Source: Amphiscolops sp. MND2022 (Eukaryota). Taken from it: a DNA stretch of 64,000 bases. Positions 33,940 through 47,923 of this stretch are shown here, in pieces (positions within the stretch are counted from its first letter, which is position 1; every line of letters begins with the position of its first letter). Where the stretch lies: positions 1 through 64,000 of the forward strand of contig CAXLNC010000776.1 in the NCBI GenBank assembly GCA_964187785.1, given 5' to 3'. The notes below the pieces were generated by a model. That model was not told the origin of the DNA. It saw only the letters and a program-made list of their open reading frames with translations, and searched no databases. The position numbers and the translations under genes were made by a program.

Positions 33940-36900
33940 CTCGCAGACGCATGGACTACCGGCAAGAAGCGATGCATATGTCCCTGCAGGTCGAGCCCCT
34001 TTGGTGGCCACTGACTCTTTCCAAAAAACTTCATATTGAAATGTCAGAAGCCTGGGCACCACCCCAATGTGAAAAAACGCTCTCGGTCCGGGGGGGAGTC
34101 TCGGAGTGGAAAGGCCATGCTTGGATCAACTCTCTAAATTCTGGGGCGTCCTTGGAGCAATTCTCGGAACTGCTCTCACAATATACGTGGGAAGACCCAA
34201 TTCTCGGACCAAGTCTCGGAACGACTACCGGTTTGGATGGGAAACCAAAATTTCAGCCCGAATTCTCAGTTTTCTATCAAAACTGGGGTTGTCCCCACGC
34301 AATGGACAATGGGCCATGAAATCACTACATAAATATTCTGCATGGGAATTGTTATGCAAATGTAGCTGTAACCTGGATGCAATGATCAATCTGTGAGGTA
34401 CTTGTGTATTGATGCAGAGGCCCACAGACAAAGATCATACCCTCAAGAGCCGTCTATATACCGGCAATTGCAATGGTAACCTCAAAGGACACAAAACAAA
34501 TCATTGTTGTATTATTTGTATTCAATCATGTGAGGACGACAGTAGTGGGTTTAGGGATGAAGATTGTGTGAGTTGTTTTGCACCAGATGAGAGCTCTAAA
34601 AGGACAAGCTCTAAACCATTCTTGAAATCACCCCAGATAGCCTCTGCTCAAGACACATGCTATCATTGGAGGAATCCTGCCCTCCAAACAAGATCTGGTT
34701 CTTCTATGCTTAGCACTGGGCCCTGGGGAACATGAACCTGGAAGGTGAGCAAAGCACAAGAATGACAAAGTTGCACGCATTCGCTGCTGACTCTAGGCAA
34801 AAAAAAACAAAAAAACAAGAGAACATAAAAACAGTATTTTCACAGCATTGCGCCGGGGGATTGTCCCGGGACTGTCCTGGCATTTTCCTGAGATTTACTC
34901 GGAACTTGGTTTATGTGCTTCGCTTTTCCCCAAGAAAAAGGCAACACATGAATAATATTGACCCCACCCAATTCGCGGGATAATCCCCAAAAGTTGTTTA
35001 TGTTTGTCGTCTTTTTATTGAAACTTCGTGTTCTCAAAAGTTTGGTAGGAGAAGGCACAACTCAATATGCTGAAATTCCAGCCGACTTGAATTGTTCATA
35101 CACTTATTTAGAGGCATTTTGTGCGTGCTTCACACAATGCTTTCTGCCAAAACAAGTTCCAGAATGTCAGGACTTTTGCTCCTTGATAGCTGATAGTGAC
35201 CATCCGGGACCTGAGTGAGTGTGTATGTAACCAATGACTTTTCACCATCGCCATGATGGTTCAAACACCGACCTCGCCATTTGATCAGTCTAACCAGCAG
35301 AGAGTAATTGCTGCCCCTGCCTTCAAAATAAACAGCACTCTAAAGATCCTGAGCCGTTAAGATCGCCACAAAAAAAACAGGATGTCTTACCATGGACCTA
35401 TGAAGTTTCCTATGCGCCGTTTTGCGCGGCGATTTTGTACAGAAATCCACATCCCATGGAATTTCGTGGAAACCCATCTTCACAGTAGGAAAAACAACAC
35501 CAAATACATATCCAACGAAATCATCTTGTTACCACTGTTTTGCCAGGAAATTTGACAAGAAACATTGAAAACCACCTGGATACTCACTAAACAACTGTGT
35601 AAGTAGAGAAACATCTGCACAATGCTGCAGAAGACAAGGTAGGATCGCCTTTGGTTCAGAAGTTTGGTTCCGAATCTGGAATGCATTTTCAAGTTTGGGA
35701 AAAAAAACTTGTGTTCAGCCGAGAAAAACAAAACCGTAACCCGCCAGATCTTGTGAAATAACAAATTCCACCTCTTTGGGGAGCAAATCAGCTGCAAAAG
35801 AGCAAGTACCGAACCTTTTTGTCAAGTGTGAATGTCTGACAGGACTTCCACACATACACTTTTCCCAGAACAACTCGTTGGGGCAAATCTAAGGGGTGGC
35901 TGCATCAGATTTACTCGGCAGAAGGAACTATAGAGTTCCCCAACTTATGACAGAGAGAAGTACAGACAAACTCATCATCTACTTTTACAGAGAAGGCCCA
36001 GGAGTCTCCAAAGCAATTTTTTGATTCAGGAACACCCTTCCAAATAAAAAACCTTTTTGACTCCCACGCCCTCCCCCTGTTCTTATACTGAGTTTACTCA
36101 AGCAAGCGACAAGCAGAGCCGGGATAAGGGGGAGGGCCCGGGATCAAAAAGACATAATTTGTCATACCATTGTGGATAGACAAGGATTGATTCGAAAGAG
36201 CCTTATACATGTACCCACCATGTAGAAAATTGCATGTGCGAGCAGAAGTTCCGACACGGTCAACTTCAGGACCTTTCTTGGCAATTCTATGCAGGGGATT
36301 TTGTGTCATTCGCTAGAAAACATTACTGACCCGACAATTTTTTTGTGGGGGGGGGGATTACCCTCCGACTTCAAATTTCACGAATTTTCATTGGGTGGTG
36401 TTTTCGTGGTCAATGGTAATTTATTGGGGGGATTTCTCGACAAGTTCGGACCTAAGCGCACGCAAAATCGCAATCGCAATTCGCCAGCGACTTAAATCGC
36501 AGGAGGCAAATCGGAAGGGAACTCCGCAGCCAGAACGATTAACAGGCAAAAAAATTCCAGATCCCAATCGTAATTCGCTAGCAATTTATAGTTTACTATC
36601 ACAGTAATAGTTCTCTATTTGTGGGGGGAAAGCCAGGTGTTTCAGAGACCCTGTCGTAGTCTTTTACTACCGTCGTAGTGTTTGCTGCCACCTATGACAG
36701 TAGTATTTTGGTATGGCAGGATCCTTAGGCCAAGGAATATCGATAAAAATCGACCGAAATGGCCCTGAAGATTTCGCATGGAAGGTGGAGCAAAACAACA
36801 CCCAACGCTTGCACCAGCGAATCCAACAAAATCCGTCAAAATCCGACCAAACTCTCCGAAGACTTCCCGGACTGTCCCTGAGACTTTTTGGACACGTTTT

Positions 36901-37010
36901 GGAGTCCCGGGATCGGAGGCGCCAGGGGATATTTTCGACACTTTTTCGGCATTTCGGGCCTTCTTTCTGTCCTCATCTGTGTATATGTGTGTATGTATGT
37001 ATATTTATAT

Positions 37011-37862
37011 AGAGATTGTGAGCCCACTATCCACCTATACCCCCAAACCGAGTTAGTTCACTATCCACGTGAGAGCTAGCCCACTGTCCACGTCAATTTT
37101 CCCCTATAAAAAGAGGTGTTTGAAATAATTTTGGCAGCCATGTTGGTGTCATGCTTGTGTGCACATTTTGTGGTGTGTTTGGTGAGTGTGTGGCCATTGC
37201 AAGCGTGGGTGTCGTGAGAAATCGGCCCATTTTCGACAGTGGAAACCTTGTAAAACTGGATTTTCAAAATTTTGTAGTTGCTAACGCAACGCAACATCTT
37301 CCGGGCAAGGACCTAAACCCGGCCCGGTTTTTTGTTCAGTCAAAACAAAGCGGTGTTTTAGTTTTTTTTTTTTTGGGGGGGGGGGGGGCATGTTGGAGAT
37401 GTACATGATGAAAATGACAAAGAGGAAGAGGAACACAAGAAGAAGAAGACAAATAAGAAGAAGGAATAAGACAAATAAACATAAAAATGATAAGAATAAA
37501 TGAAATTCGAAAAAATCTGAAAATGGATAAGCACATAGGTGGAGCATCATCTGGTCCTGATGTTTTCTTTTTTCATGTTGCTTTGTTTTTTGGTTGGTTA
37601 GTTTGTTAGTTTTTTGTTTTGGTCTTAGTGCTTTTTGTTGATTGTAGTTTACCCTTGTTTTCCTTGCAATTTCAATTTGTTGTTATTTGGCCCTCTGTTT
37701 TGCTTGGGTTTCGGCCCATGTTTTGAACACGTTTTTTATGTGTTTGGTTGTTCATTTTCTGAACCATGTTTTTGTTTGTTGGGAAGTCTTTTTGTTTGGC
37801 TAGGCGTGTTTTATTGTTTTATTGTTGTTCCTTTTCTGTGTTGTCATTGTTGATGTTGTTGG

Positions 37863-37902
<40 letters not shown>

Positions 37903-38564
37903 CTTTCTTGTTTTGTTGTTATTGTATTTTAAATGTATTTGTTAATTGTTGTCGTTATTGTTGATAGAATGTTTACAAATGTGTTTTTCCTGGTTGTTGC
38001 ATTCTGTTTTTCTTGTTCTTGCTGGAAGTTATATTTTATTGTTTTGGTTTAGGTTTATGCATTGTTTTTGTTTGCATGTGTTTGTTTTAGACATAATTAT
38101 TTTGTATTCATCTTTTGAGGTTTTGTTTGGTTAGTTAGCCCACTATCCACCTTGTTGCCGAGGGTTCAAAATATGTTTGGGAGTGGTCTTTTTGAAACAC
38201 ACATTTTGGAATTGATGAAGGCCACTATGTTGAGGACATCAAGGAAACCCCTATTTTAGACGGGGCTTTGCTACTTCTCATACGAGGTTTTTGGGAGATG
38301 TTAAGACAAAATGGAGAGCCACGTAAGATTTGATCCACTATCCCCGTTTTCCGTTCTTATGCTGCACGGAATGTGGATAGCGGGCAACGCCATGTGGATA
38401 GTGGGCTAACTCTTCAAGTCTGGACCATGAAAATCACACAGCTCGTTGCCCCCCTTGTGTTGTGTGTTTATTTTGATGTTTTTCTTGGAAGGGGCGGGGT
38501 AAAGGTGGGTAGTGGACTAACTCTGTTTTGGTGGTAAAGGTGGATAGTGGGGCGACTGTGCAGC

Positions 38565-38565
<1 letters not shown>
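37011..38565. mobile_element. Composite TIR element(s) of the CCCACTATCCACC family, flanked by TA/TG repeats
   Basis: Arrays of CCCACTATCCAC on the left and GTGGATAGTGGG on the right, with a TTG-rich interior. The two ends do not match exactly, so it is probably nested. Confidence 0.7.
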
Positions 38566-38598
<33 letters not shown>

Positions 38599-38624
38599 AT
38601 ACATTGATCCAGCTATTTATATAT

Positions 38625-39127
38625 GTTGTAAAATTAAAAATTGGTCCAATGTTTGCCCTTCTTGAAGTTAAAAATTGGTCCAATTTTTTGTTTTGTTTTT
38701 CTTGAAGATCTCGTTCTCCCTGCAGAAAGCAGAAAGAAGAAAAAACTCCAAGAAAACAAAAACAACAAAAAACACAATTTTCAACGTTACAAATTGGTCC
38801 AATTTTGTTGCGCAACATACTTGGACCAGTCTTTAACTTAGACTTGGACCAATTTTTAATGTGAACATTTGTCATTTGTTGTGATTTTGTTTTGACTGAA
38901 ATCACTATTTTAAAGTGTTTTCAGCAAAGCATGCAAAATTTAAAGACACACAAAAATAACACTATTTGTGAACACACCTGTGCTAACTGCTCTTGTCAAA
39001 ATGTCCGTTAATGTCCATTTTCTGCATTTTTCATTTTGGGGGTGTTCGGAATTTCCAAATTTCTGAGATGTTTTTGATGGGTCGCCAAAATTCAACAATA
39101 ACAGAATACCAAAGCAACTAAAACAAA

Positions 39128-39196
<69 letters not shown>

Positions 39197-40738
39197 GAAG
39201 CAAGATGCAAAACAACACATGTAAAATTGTGACTCAAAACAAAACAAGAGAACAAACAGAAAAACAAAACAAAAGAACATCTTGCAACAAAAAGCAAACA
39301 AAACAAAAAGCAAGAACCAGAAACTGAAGTGAGAAACAGATATTCATTTTTTAACAACCCAAAACACTGGAATTGCAAGGAAAACGGTGATTTTCATAAG
39401 AAACAGAAAAACAATCACAAAAAAACAAAAACAAACACAAACACAAAACAAGAACAACACCTAGGCCACTCCAAGAAACACAAAGAACAAAACATAGGCA
39501 AGCCAAAAAGAGACAATTAGAAAAAAAAAAAACAAAAATAGCAAAACACTCCAACACAAACAAAGCAAAACAAACAAAACCAAACAAACACAAAACCAAA
39601 AAAACACAGAAGAAACCCCTAAAACAGGAACACCGCCAATAAACAATCCAACAACAAAACAAAAACAGAGCAAAATAAAAAAAACAATCCCTAAACAAAA
39701 GCAAAACAAAAACAAGAAACACAAAAACACCTAAACCTTCCAAACCCAAATAAACAAGACTATGCCACCCCCACAGACAAACAATGGAAAACAAGAAGCA
39801 TTTTTAATAATTTGCAACTTTACCAAACACACAAAAACAAACCACAAAACCACTAAATCCTGAAACAAAAACAAAAATGGGAAAGAAAAGGACGATGACC
39901 ATGACTCCCTCAAGAGAACCTTCTGGCACATATGGTCATGGTCCTCTGAAAATTTGTTTCTGGAAAGGAAAAGACGATGACCATGACCAAGATTTCCTTA
40001 AAAAAACTTGCTACACATATGGTCATGGTCCTCTGATAAATCTTTTTCAAAAAACCACCATTTTGCCATGCTCAAAAACAGCCCACCATTTTCATAAATT
40101 ATCTGTTTTTCAGCATACATTTTTATTGCAACTGCTGTGTTTTGCTGAAAACACAATAAAATAGCGTTTTCAGAAACACAGCTTTTCAAAAAGACAGTTA
40201 GTAAAAACATTTTTCACCCCAAACCACCTTTTTCCCCAAAAAAATGTCATTTGGGCAATTTCCGCTGGAACCGTAATTTTATAGTTTTTCCTGGTTTCTC
40301 TGTTTTGGGCCCCAAAAATTTTTGGCCAAAACAGATAGCGCGCACAAAAATGCGCGTTTTTCTGCCTTCTTGACACACATAGTGTCAGGCAACTTCTGCT
40401 AAAAATCCATTTCTTCACTTTTCTCATATCTGGATAACCACCTTAAAATACACTATTTTTATAGGTTTTGGGGGCCTTTTTTCCATTGTCTGTTTTTTTT
40501 CTGTTCTCTTACAGCAACATAAAAACAAAAACAAAAATGCAATTTTCTATTCGAAAACCTCATATTTGACATCCCGACAACTTCGCGAAAACAGTATTTT
40601 GCCACTATTTGTGTTTTTGAACATGCCCCCTAAACACTTTAAAAATAAGGAAAAACTTGGACTGGTTTTTAGCTTTGAGCTTAGACCAGTTTTTGACTTT
40701 AAAGCTCCCAAAGCCTGGACCAGTTTTAACTTTACCGC
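38625..40738. mobile_element. Non-autonomous TIR element in a (TA)n tract with TTGGTCC subterminal repeats
   Basis: Left GTTGTAAAATTAAAAATTGGTCC versus right reverse complement GCGGTAAAGTTAAAACTGGTCC. TA repeats on both flanks; A/C-rich interior. Confidence 0.7.
39131..39196. repeat. (CAA)n microsatellite
   Basis: About 22 perfect units. Confidence 0.95.
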
Positions 40739-41663
40739 AAAAAAAAAAATATATATATATATATATAGGAGTGTTGCCCCACTAGCCACCTTTAACCCAC
40801 AACAGAGTTGCCCCACTAGCCACCTAAGAGTTACCCCACTAGCCACGTCAATTTTGCACTGTAAAAATAGGTATGGGAGGTCCTGGGCCTGTTCGAAGTG
40901 TACTTTGCGGTGTCGCGAAATATGTGGGTTGTGGTGATGGTGTTCCTCAACATGCAAGTGGGGGGTCTGAAAAAAGGCCCGGTTGGAAAACTCTAGAAGT
41001 TGAGTTTTGACGTAGAGGTGCAAGTTACAAAACTCTATAAAATAGGGGTTTGGGGACCTGGTGCATCTTTTTTTTGATGTGTTGCATCTATGGCCTCTGA
41101 AATTTTGTGTTTCGACGTTCATAAAATTGTGTTTCTGAAGCTGGATTCAAGTTGCAGCTGAACTAGCACCACTGAAGGCCTGACTGGCAGAAAAAGTTGC
41201 GAATGCATACGAACAACAGTTGAGCACAAGCTCGGCTGCGCACTCTTTTGGCAAACCTCTCACAAAGCCCGAAAGAAACTGCTGAGGAGGGCGGAAATCT
41301 CTGCAAAGGACTTCCCAACACTGAAAACCCCCAAAATCGGCACTGCTTTTGGCTTGTGAGGCCTTTGGGGTGGTCTTCGGCTTGTTCTCTGGCCTGAGGG
41401 GGCGGTCGGGGGGGGGGGTGTCCCAGGCCAAGGCGCGCGGAACTGCGCGGAACCCTTATAAGTAAAACAAGTCGCGCGGAACTCGTGTGCGCGGAACTGC
41501 GCGGAACTCAGGGATGGAAACAGGCTGCCCAGAATGGCCCCAAAATGGGTCCCAAGCCGCACATCGCTGGCAAAACCGGCTTGAGAGAAAATTCCTGTTT
41601 TTTTTTGCTCCCATTTTCTTTGTTCGCACCAACGCGCCTCTCTAACGAAGCGCCTGCTCATTG

Positions 41664-41900
41664 AAGTACCGGCAATGAGTCCAGCTGCACGACAAAGTCT
41701 TATTCATTGTCCCAATGTCATAGCCACAACATAGCACTCACAGAGATGCACTCACACACCTGAAGCACCAGCAATGAGTCCAGATTCACGACCATCTTTT
41801 GTTCATTGTGACAATCTCATCACCACAACACAGCACTCGCAGACATGCATTCACACAACTAAAGCACCGGCAATGAGTCCAGATTCAACACCTTTTTTGA
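41664..41900. repeat. Degenerate ~100-bp minisatellite, three units
   Basis: AAG(T/C)ACC(G/A)GCAATGAGTCCAG at 41664, 41763 and 41862. Confidence 0.7.
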
Positions 41901-43109
41901 TTCATTTTCTCCAACGCCCACCCTACCACCCAACTTATGCTAGCAACCCCATTGACGCCCCTGCCCCCACCCGAACCATCTCCGGAACTCTGACCCAGTG
42001 ACCTTTTTCTCCAAGGCTGACTGGGCTCAGAGCACCGGAAGTGGTTTCGGGTGAGGCGGGGGCTTGGGGGGTTGAGTCGTCCATCAGCCCAACCATCCCC
42101 CCCCTCCCTCCCAGGAGCGCCTCCCCCCCCTTGGATGTGAGGGCGGATGGTCAGCGCTTCCTGGCAAGGGGGGGGGTATGGTGGGGTCAAGGGACGACTT
42201 TCAGCTGAGCAGTGTTCAGGGCTTTCGCCCTGGGGTGGCACTTGGCGGGCACTGCTATCTACACCCCTCCCCCCAGACCCCTCCCCCCATCCCCCATCAT
42301 CCTGCACCCGATTCATCTGGAAATCAGGTGCAGGATCACGGAGGCGGGGAAAGGGTTTGGGCGCCCACCATTGCGGTGGGCTGGATAGGGGCGGATTTGG
42401 TCCCCCTCGCCTCAACACCGCGCGCTGGGAAAAGTCGCGCAGGTGGAGGCCTATGAGGGGGATCAAATCCTGAACCTAGAATTGGTGCCTAATTTTACTG
42501 ATGATCATGATGGAGCTGATGGTGATACAAGTTCGCCCCTTGGGGCCCCTCCCGCACCAAGAAAATGACTGGTCCCAAATCGAAAACAAGTTTTCCCGAA
42601 AACTAGTTTTTCCAAAAACTAGTTTTTTCCAATAATTAGTCTTTTTTCCAAAAGCGAGTTTTCCCCAAAAAATCACTAGTGGATGAAAAGGTTTTCAACA
42701 AATCACCGCAAGTCAAAAGAATCAAAAGCTATCACAAAACACCATCATTTTAAGAAATGCCAGTCATTTTTTTGGGTGCGGAGAGGGTCTCAAGGGGGGC
42801 AGCCGTCAACAAGTAGAGGAAGATGCCAACTAAGTAACACGGGCAAAAGAGCAAAACAACAAAAAGAAACAACGCTTGATTAGAACTCTCATTTCCAATC
42901 TAAAAGAATTCCCCTCTTCCTGAACACGAAAGGCGTGATTTGAACCGAGACTATGTAAGAATATCCAAATTTCAGCGTTTTCTCTCTCTCTGTTTTTGTT
43001 ATTAGAAAAAACAAAACTCTTTTGCCCGTGGAGAGAGCAAGGCAGTGCTTGCCTGGGCCTCCTACTCCTTCTGCTCCTCCTCCTCCTTATCCTTTTTTTC
43101 TCTCCCTGT

Positions 43110-43293
43110 TCTCTCTCTCTCCGAAGCCGTATTCGGCCCGTTTCCGATTCTGCAGCCAGGCCTGCCTCTCCTCTGTTCCCTCTCTTTCTCTCTCTGCTCT
43201 TTCTCTTTCTCTCTCGTACTCTCCGAAGCCGTATTCGGCCCCTTTCCGATTCTGCAGCCAGGCCTGCCTCTCCTCTGTTCCCTCTCTCTCTCT

Positions 43294-43344
<51 letters not shown>

Positions 43345-43405
43345 TCTCTCTCTCTCTTTTGTCTCTCGTTCTCTCCGAAGCCGTATTCGGCCTCTTTCCG
43401 ATTTT
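43110..43405. repeat. Three-unit repeat interleaved with (CT)n
   Basis: CTCCGAAGCCGTATTCGGCC at about 43119, 43221 and 43373. Confidence 0.8.
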
Positions 43406-44240
43406 GCTTTTTGACTCTACCCACTGCCTCCGCCTCCTCACAAATAACAATTTTGGATTGATCCTCAAAGGGGGTTGAAACCAGACCTCAAAAAAAAACC
43501 TTGACAGAAGTCTTGTTTTGGGGGTTTTGCCCCAGAAAGAAGTCTTGTCTTGGGGGGCTTTTGCCCAAAAATGATCTCAAAGAAAAGAGGAAGAAGCAGA
43601 TCAGAACAGAAGAAGTGATCAGTCGCCTTGCACACTCAATAACTTTATAGGTCAATAGCCTCAAAGAAGACAATATATCAGAGAAGCAAGGCGTTGGAGC
43701 ATTTCTCCCAGTGCTAAAGATCTTCATGAAACAAAACGATGTTTGCACCAGACATTCTACAGGCAAGTTCTCAGCGTCATGAATGTAAACGTCCAAATGC
43801 ACATGTAGCCAAGATTTACAGCCATACACAATGCATGGGCCCAAAAGAACCTTGTGTTTAGGTGGCCGCCAACCACCACCCCCACTCTAAAACAGACTAA
43901 CTATGATGTAAAAGCCTGGCCCCACCCCACTTTTTATCAGCCTTATGACAAGGGCCCAGAACAAGAGTTAGTTCAATCCTGATGGCTCAACAACCTCGGA
44001 CAAAGGCAAGGCTCTGACACCTCAAGCCAGTACTTAAGGGCGTCTCGGTATGCCATCCAATCGAAACTGACATATGTTGCATTGCGTATTTGTGACATGA
44101 GGGGCCATTTTTGGCTTGTTTTGCATGTAGCACCCCTTAGCAAACACTTTCAAGACACATATGGTTTCTGCCCCCTTTTTTTGTGGGGAAACTCTGGGTC
44201 ACAGAACCAAGATTCGCCCTCACCTCCTGCCTCCAGATCA

Positions 44241-44362
44241 TCATTGTTCGTCGTTGCCAGAGGGATGGTGTTGAAACGTATATGCCAAACTTCGGATCAT
44301 AGAACCAAGTCCCGCCCCCATACCACCAATGTTCGTCGCTGCCATCCCACCAGTGGAGCCAC
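44241..44362 (-). CDS. Candidate exon (GSTGGMAATNIGGMGAGLGSMIRSLAYTFQHH...), weak similarity to the PFK N-terminal GGLCPGLNSVIREL motif
   Basis: CAG|G acceptor, phase-compatible with exon 47857-47923, and 8/14 identities to the PFK motif. The frame ends in TGA unless a GC donor is used. Confidence 0.3.
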
Positions 44363-47300
44363 CTGCATGACAGAGGGATGTTATTGAAATGTGTGTGCAC
44401 TTGGGTGTAGCCAGATGACCCCTTGCTTTTTTGGAGAGGCGATTGCAAATGTAGACAGACCAGACAAAGCTTGGCTGTGTAGTCAATGTCACGGCGAGCA
44501 TTGCCGCAGATGAACCGTGCCCCAAGTTCGTGCCCCAAAATTCCCCATTCATGTTCGCATTTCTCTAGCATCTAACCACGTTTTCCCACACCAAAAATTT
44601 CACCTGAATCTATGAGCGTGTCGTCACTACGTTTGGTCCGTTGCACGTCAACCATTCCCGATCGAATGTTCTCAGGGTGCTGTTAAAGTCATGAATGTTT
44701 CATAGATGTTGTTGTCCTCAACAATGTGACAATTTGAAGACGTGTGTGATTTTGAATTGTATCTCTGTTAGTTTTATTGCTATTGTTCTAAATTATCTGA
44801 CCAACTGNNNNNNNNNNNNNNNNNNNNNNNNNNNNNNNNNNNNNNNNNNNNNNNNNNNNNNNNNNNNNNNNNNNNNNNNNNNNNNNNNNNNNNNNNNNNN
44901 NNNNNNNNNNNNNNNNNNNNNNNNNNNNNNNNNNNNNNNNNNNNNNNNNNNNNNNNNNNNNNNNNNNNNNNNNNNNNNNNNNNNNNNNNNNNNNNNNNNN
45001 NNNNNNNATGAAGTGAACAAAGCATATCATCGTAATCATGGTAGGAGAAGGAGTCAAGGGCCGATTCTTCCACGCTTGCCGATCTCAGCGAAAACAGATT
45101 CGATACATCGTCCGGCGATCTGGGAGAAAAAGGCGGACTTGAACAAAAACCTAAGAGACAGCAACCCACCTCTACCACCCCGGTTACAGTCAGGCTAGGG
45201 CACCCTACGAACGGGATTTATTAGCGCGAGTTCGTCCAGTGGAGTCACCTTCGGGAGAAAACACTGACTCAAAAACATCAGATGGGGATGCTGCTGATCA
45301 AAAGTCTCTTATAGACTCCACTCCGATCATTCGGAGTTCGTTTGGCAATCCGTCTGGCGTTGACGGTTGTCCGAGGGCATACGGTAGCACTAGTTTAGCG
45401 GAGGTCTTGAATCGACAAGCGCAACTAGAAGTCCTTGTTGCCTGCCTCTCAGTGGGGAGAAAGGCGCAACATGGTGCAATACTAAGCTGAGAGTTTGGTT
45501 TGGATCCTCCATGCTCGCCACCTGGCAGCAAATAATCACTAGAAACTCATTATTGGATGGCCATCCTGGACAAAACTGCGAGAGAGCAAGCTGCTTGGAC
45601 TCTGGGTTCTGTAGCTGTAAACCTCAAGAATTATGCACAGAAATTGTCCATGTCAAGGCAAAATTTGCAAGGCAATGCTTGTACCAAGTTAAGCGAACTG
45701 ATTCCAAGATGACCTCCTTACACCACGCTGAGTAGCTCTGGCCGAGATAGTATCACAAGGTTTGGGTGATGTTTTGCCAGCTTGAAGCGAGTTCCTGCAT
45801 AGTTCATCGAAGAATGCTAAACACCCAAACTCAGTGCCCAAATAGTTGGCTCATTTGTAGAGCCCTGAGAGAAATGATCGAGGCTGAGAAGACCTTGAAG
45901 ATCATGACCTCCTTAATTTAAGGATTCTAGGCCCCTCTTGTCGTTTTCCTAAGCGATAAGAGCACCATCAACGCCGAATGGTTTACCAAATCAACTTCCT
46001 AAATATGTTCTCCGGTCATGTAAGCCATCACATAACAGAAAATCAACTTCTCAAACCTTTTTCAGGTCATGTAATTTCTTGTTTTACAAGATTAACCCTG
46101 GCCAAAATCACTTTTACGAGATTTGTCTTCATAGGGTTACTTTGGCCCAATCCTGGGACACACTGAGAGGAGCCAGGGGCCTCCACATTACATGATCAAT
46201 TCCGGGCAGCCTGCCTGATTACATGAGTAACATGACAATTGAATGACATGAAACAAGCAATTCTGGGAATCATCTCTTCCGGTCATGAAGTGCGTTTTAG
46301 GTGTTCTTTCCCACCACCTTAAGTGTGAAATGAAGAGCCCCCATTTAGTCGACTTTAGATGAGATTTATTTGAATTTTAGTCGAATTTGAGTCGAATTTG
46401 GCTGATGTTTAGCTGATGTTTAGCTGATTTTAGCCAATGTTAGCCAAGATTAGCCAAGATTACGCAGGAATTCTTTGACAATATCAAGGTGGCAGAACGA
46501 ACCCGTAAATGCATTACATGATTTAAAGTGTTCCCGAAAACTACTTTTCCGTCCTGTTAATTTTTGGTGCGGATGGTCTTTGGGAACAGTGAACTTTGAT
46601 GCAAGGGAATGATCGGAGTGCTGGAAAGGGCTTGTCTAGGAAGGGGGTTATTTGCAAAGAATGTCCACGGCAAAGTGCCATGTTTGAAAGAGGATCCGTC
46701 ACACCCCAGACATGCGTAGTTCCGGTCATTACAGATGAGAGGCATGATGCGACACATGTTTGGACTGGAAACCACGAGAAGCACGAAAACCACGACATTG
46801 AGTGATCGCCCTTTTTGTAAACTACCCCTTTGCATACATGCTAAAAGTGATTTGGTGTCTCTGGGCCGAGAGTCTCAAAAGAGTCTATTGCACCGTGCAA
46901 ACCCTGTTTCGCACCTGGGAAACAGCCTAAAACAGGGTCTCGCCCCGTGCAACAGACTCTTTGGGGGCTCTCAACCCGCAGGCCCAAAACACCTTTCTCC
47001 TTAAGCACTTTAGGGCATTTTGGCTGTTCGACACTTGTGCCAGGCCGGCGGGGTTGCAACACCAGATCTGTTCTTCCGCAGAAGTGCTTTGGAATGAGAG
47101 ATTGGGTTGCACCATCCGAACGGGAAATTAATACATTTCCAATTCCCGGCGAATTTTTGATGTATATGTATTCATGTTGAGTTTGAATGCAGTAACAAAG
47201 AAACTTTTTCACCTATGTGTATTCGGGCATTTGTTACAAGATAAATGCATGCGAAAAGAGCGAGGCTTCGCGACGTGAATCGGCCCACCCATACATCGAT

Positions 47301-47856
47301 TTGCGAGAATCGATTCGCAGAGAAGCCCCGAAGTTCATGGCATCTGAGCGATTCGCGTGAATCGCCTCGAAGCTGCAATTCGCAATTTTTAATCCCCCGA
47401 AATGCGATTCGCAAACGAGGGGTTCGGTTCGGGAACCCCGAAACGATTCGCGCGAACCAGGTCTAAGTTTTAAGGTGTATCAGGGGTTTAGAGCAGTTTT
47501 CCCTTTTTTGTGCAGCACTCAGGGTTACGAGCGTGGGGGTCAACAGACTGCAATGTGTCGCGACGAGAGAATCAAGCCTCGGCCAGGTTGGAGTCTGGTT
47601 GGACAAGAATCGAAGCCCACCCAAACCACAAAATAACTGCTGCAGAAGGCAGACAACTCGCTCCGAGCTTCTGAAGAATGCTCCCCTCTCCTGGAGAACC
47701 TTTCCCGAGCTCATCGTTAGAATCGCGATGATGTTTGGATCATTGCAAGTCTCTCTAAGTATCGGGGGGTTCGGCCGAAGTACAATTCAAGAGATCAAAG
47801 ACAGAGAGAAGAAGCAAGAGAGAGAGAGAGAGAGAGAACAGATCTCCTGAGGATAC

Positions 47857-47923
47857 CTTCAATCCTCTCTGTTGAAAGGGTGTGGACGATGGTCTTGTAG
47901 TCCTTCTCGTCCTCCGGCATACC
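47857..47923 (-). CDS. Micro-exon GMPEDEKDYKTIVHTLSTERIE(G) of an unidentified gene
   Basis: CAG|G acceptor, AAG|GT donor, GC3-rich codons; in frame with exon 48989-49030. Confidence 0.6.

Noticed and set aside
41664-41900. Regularly spaced direct repeats as a CRISPR-like array
   Set aside because: Eukaryotic context, only three units, ~80-bp spacers similar to one another, and no cas genes; this is a minisatellite.
45380-45800. Possible DIRS tyrosine-recombinase N-terminal remnant
   Set aside because: The resemblance needs several frameshifts and stop read-throughs, and no catalytic R-H-R-Y motifs are visible.
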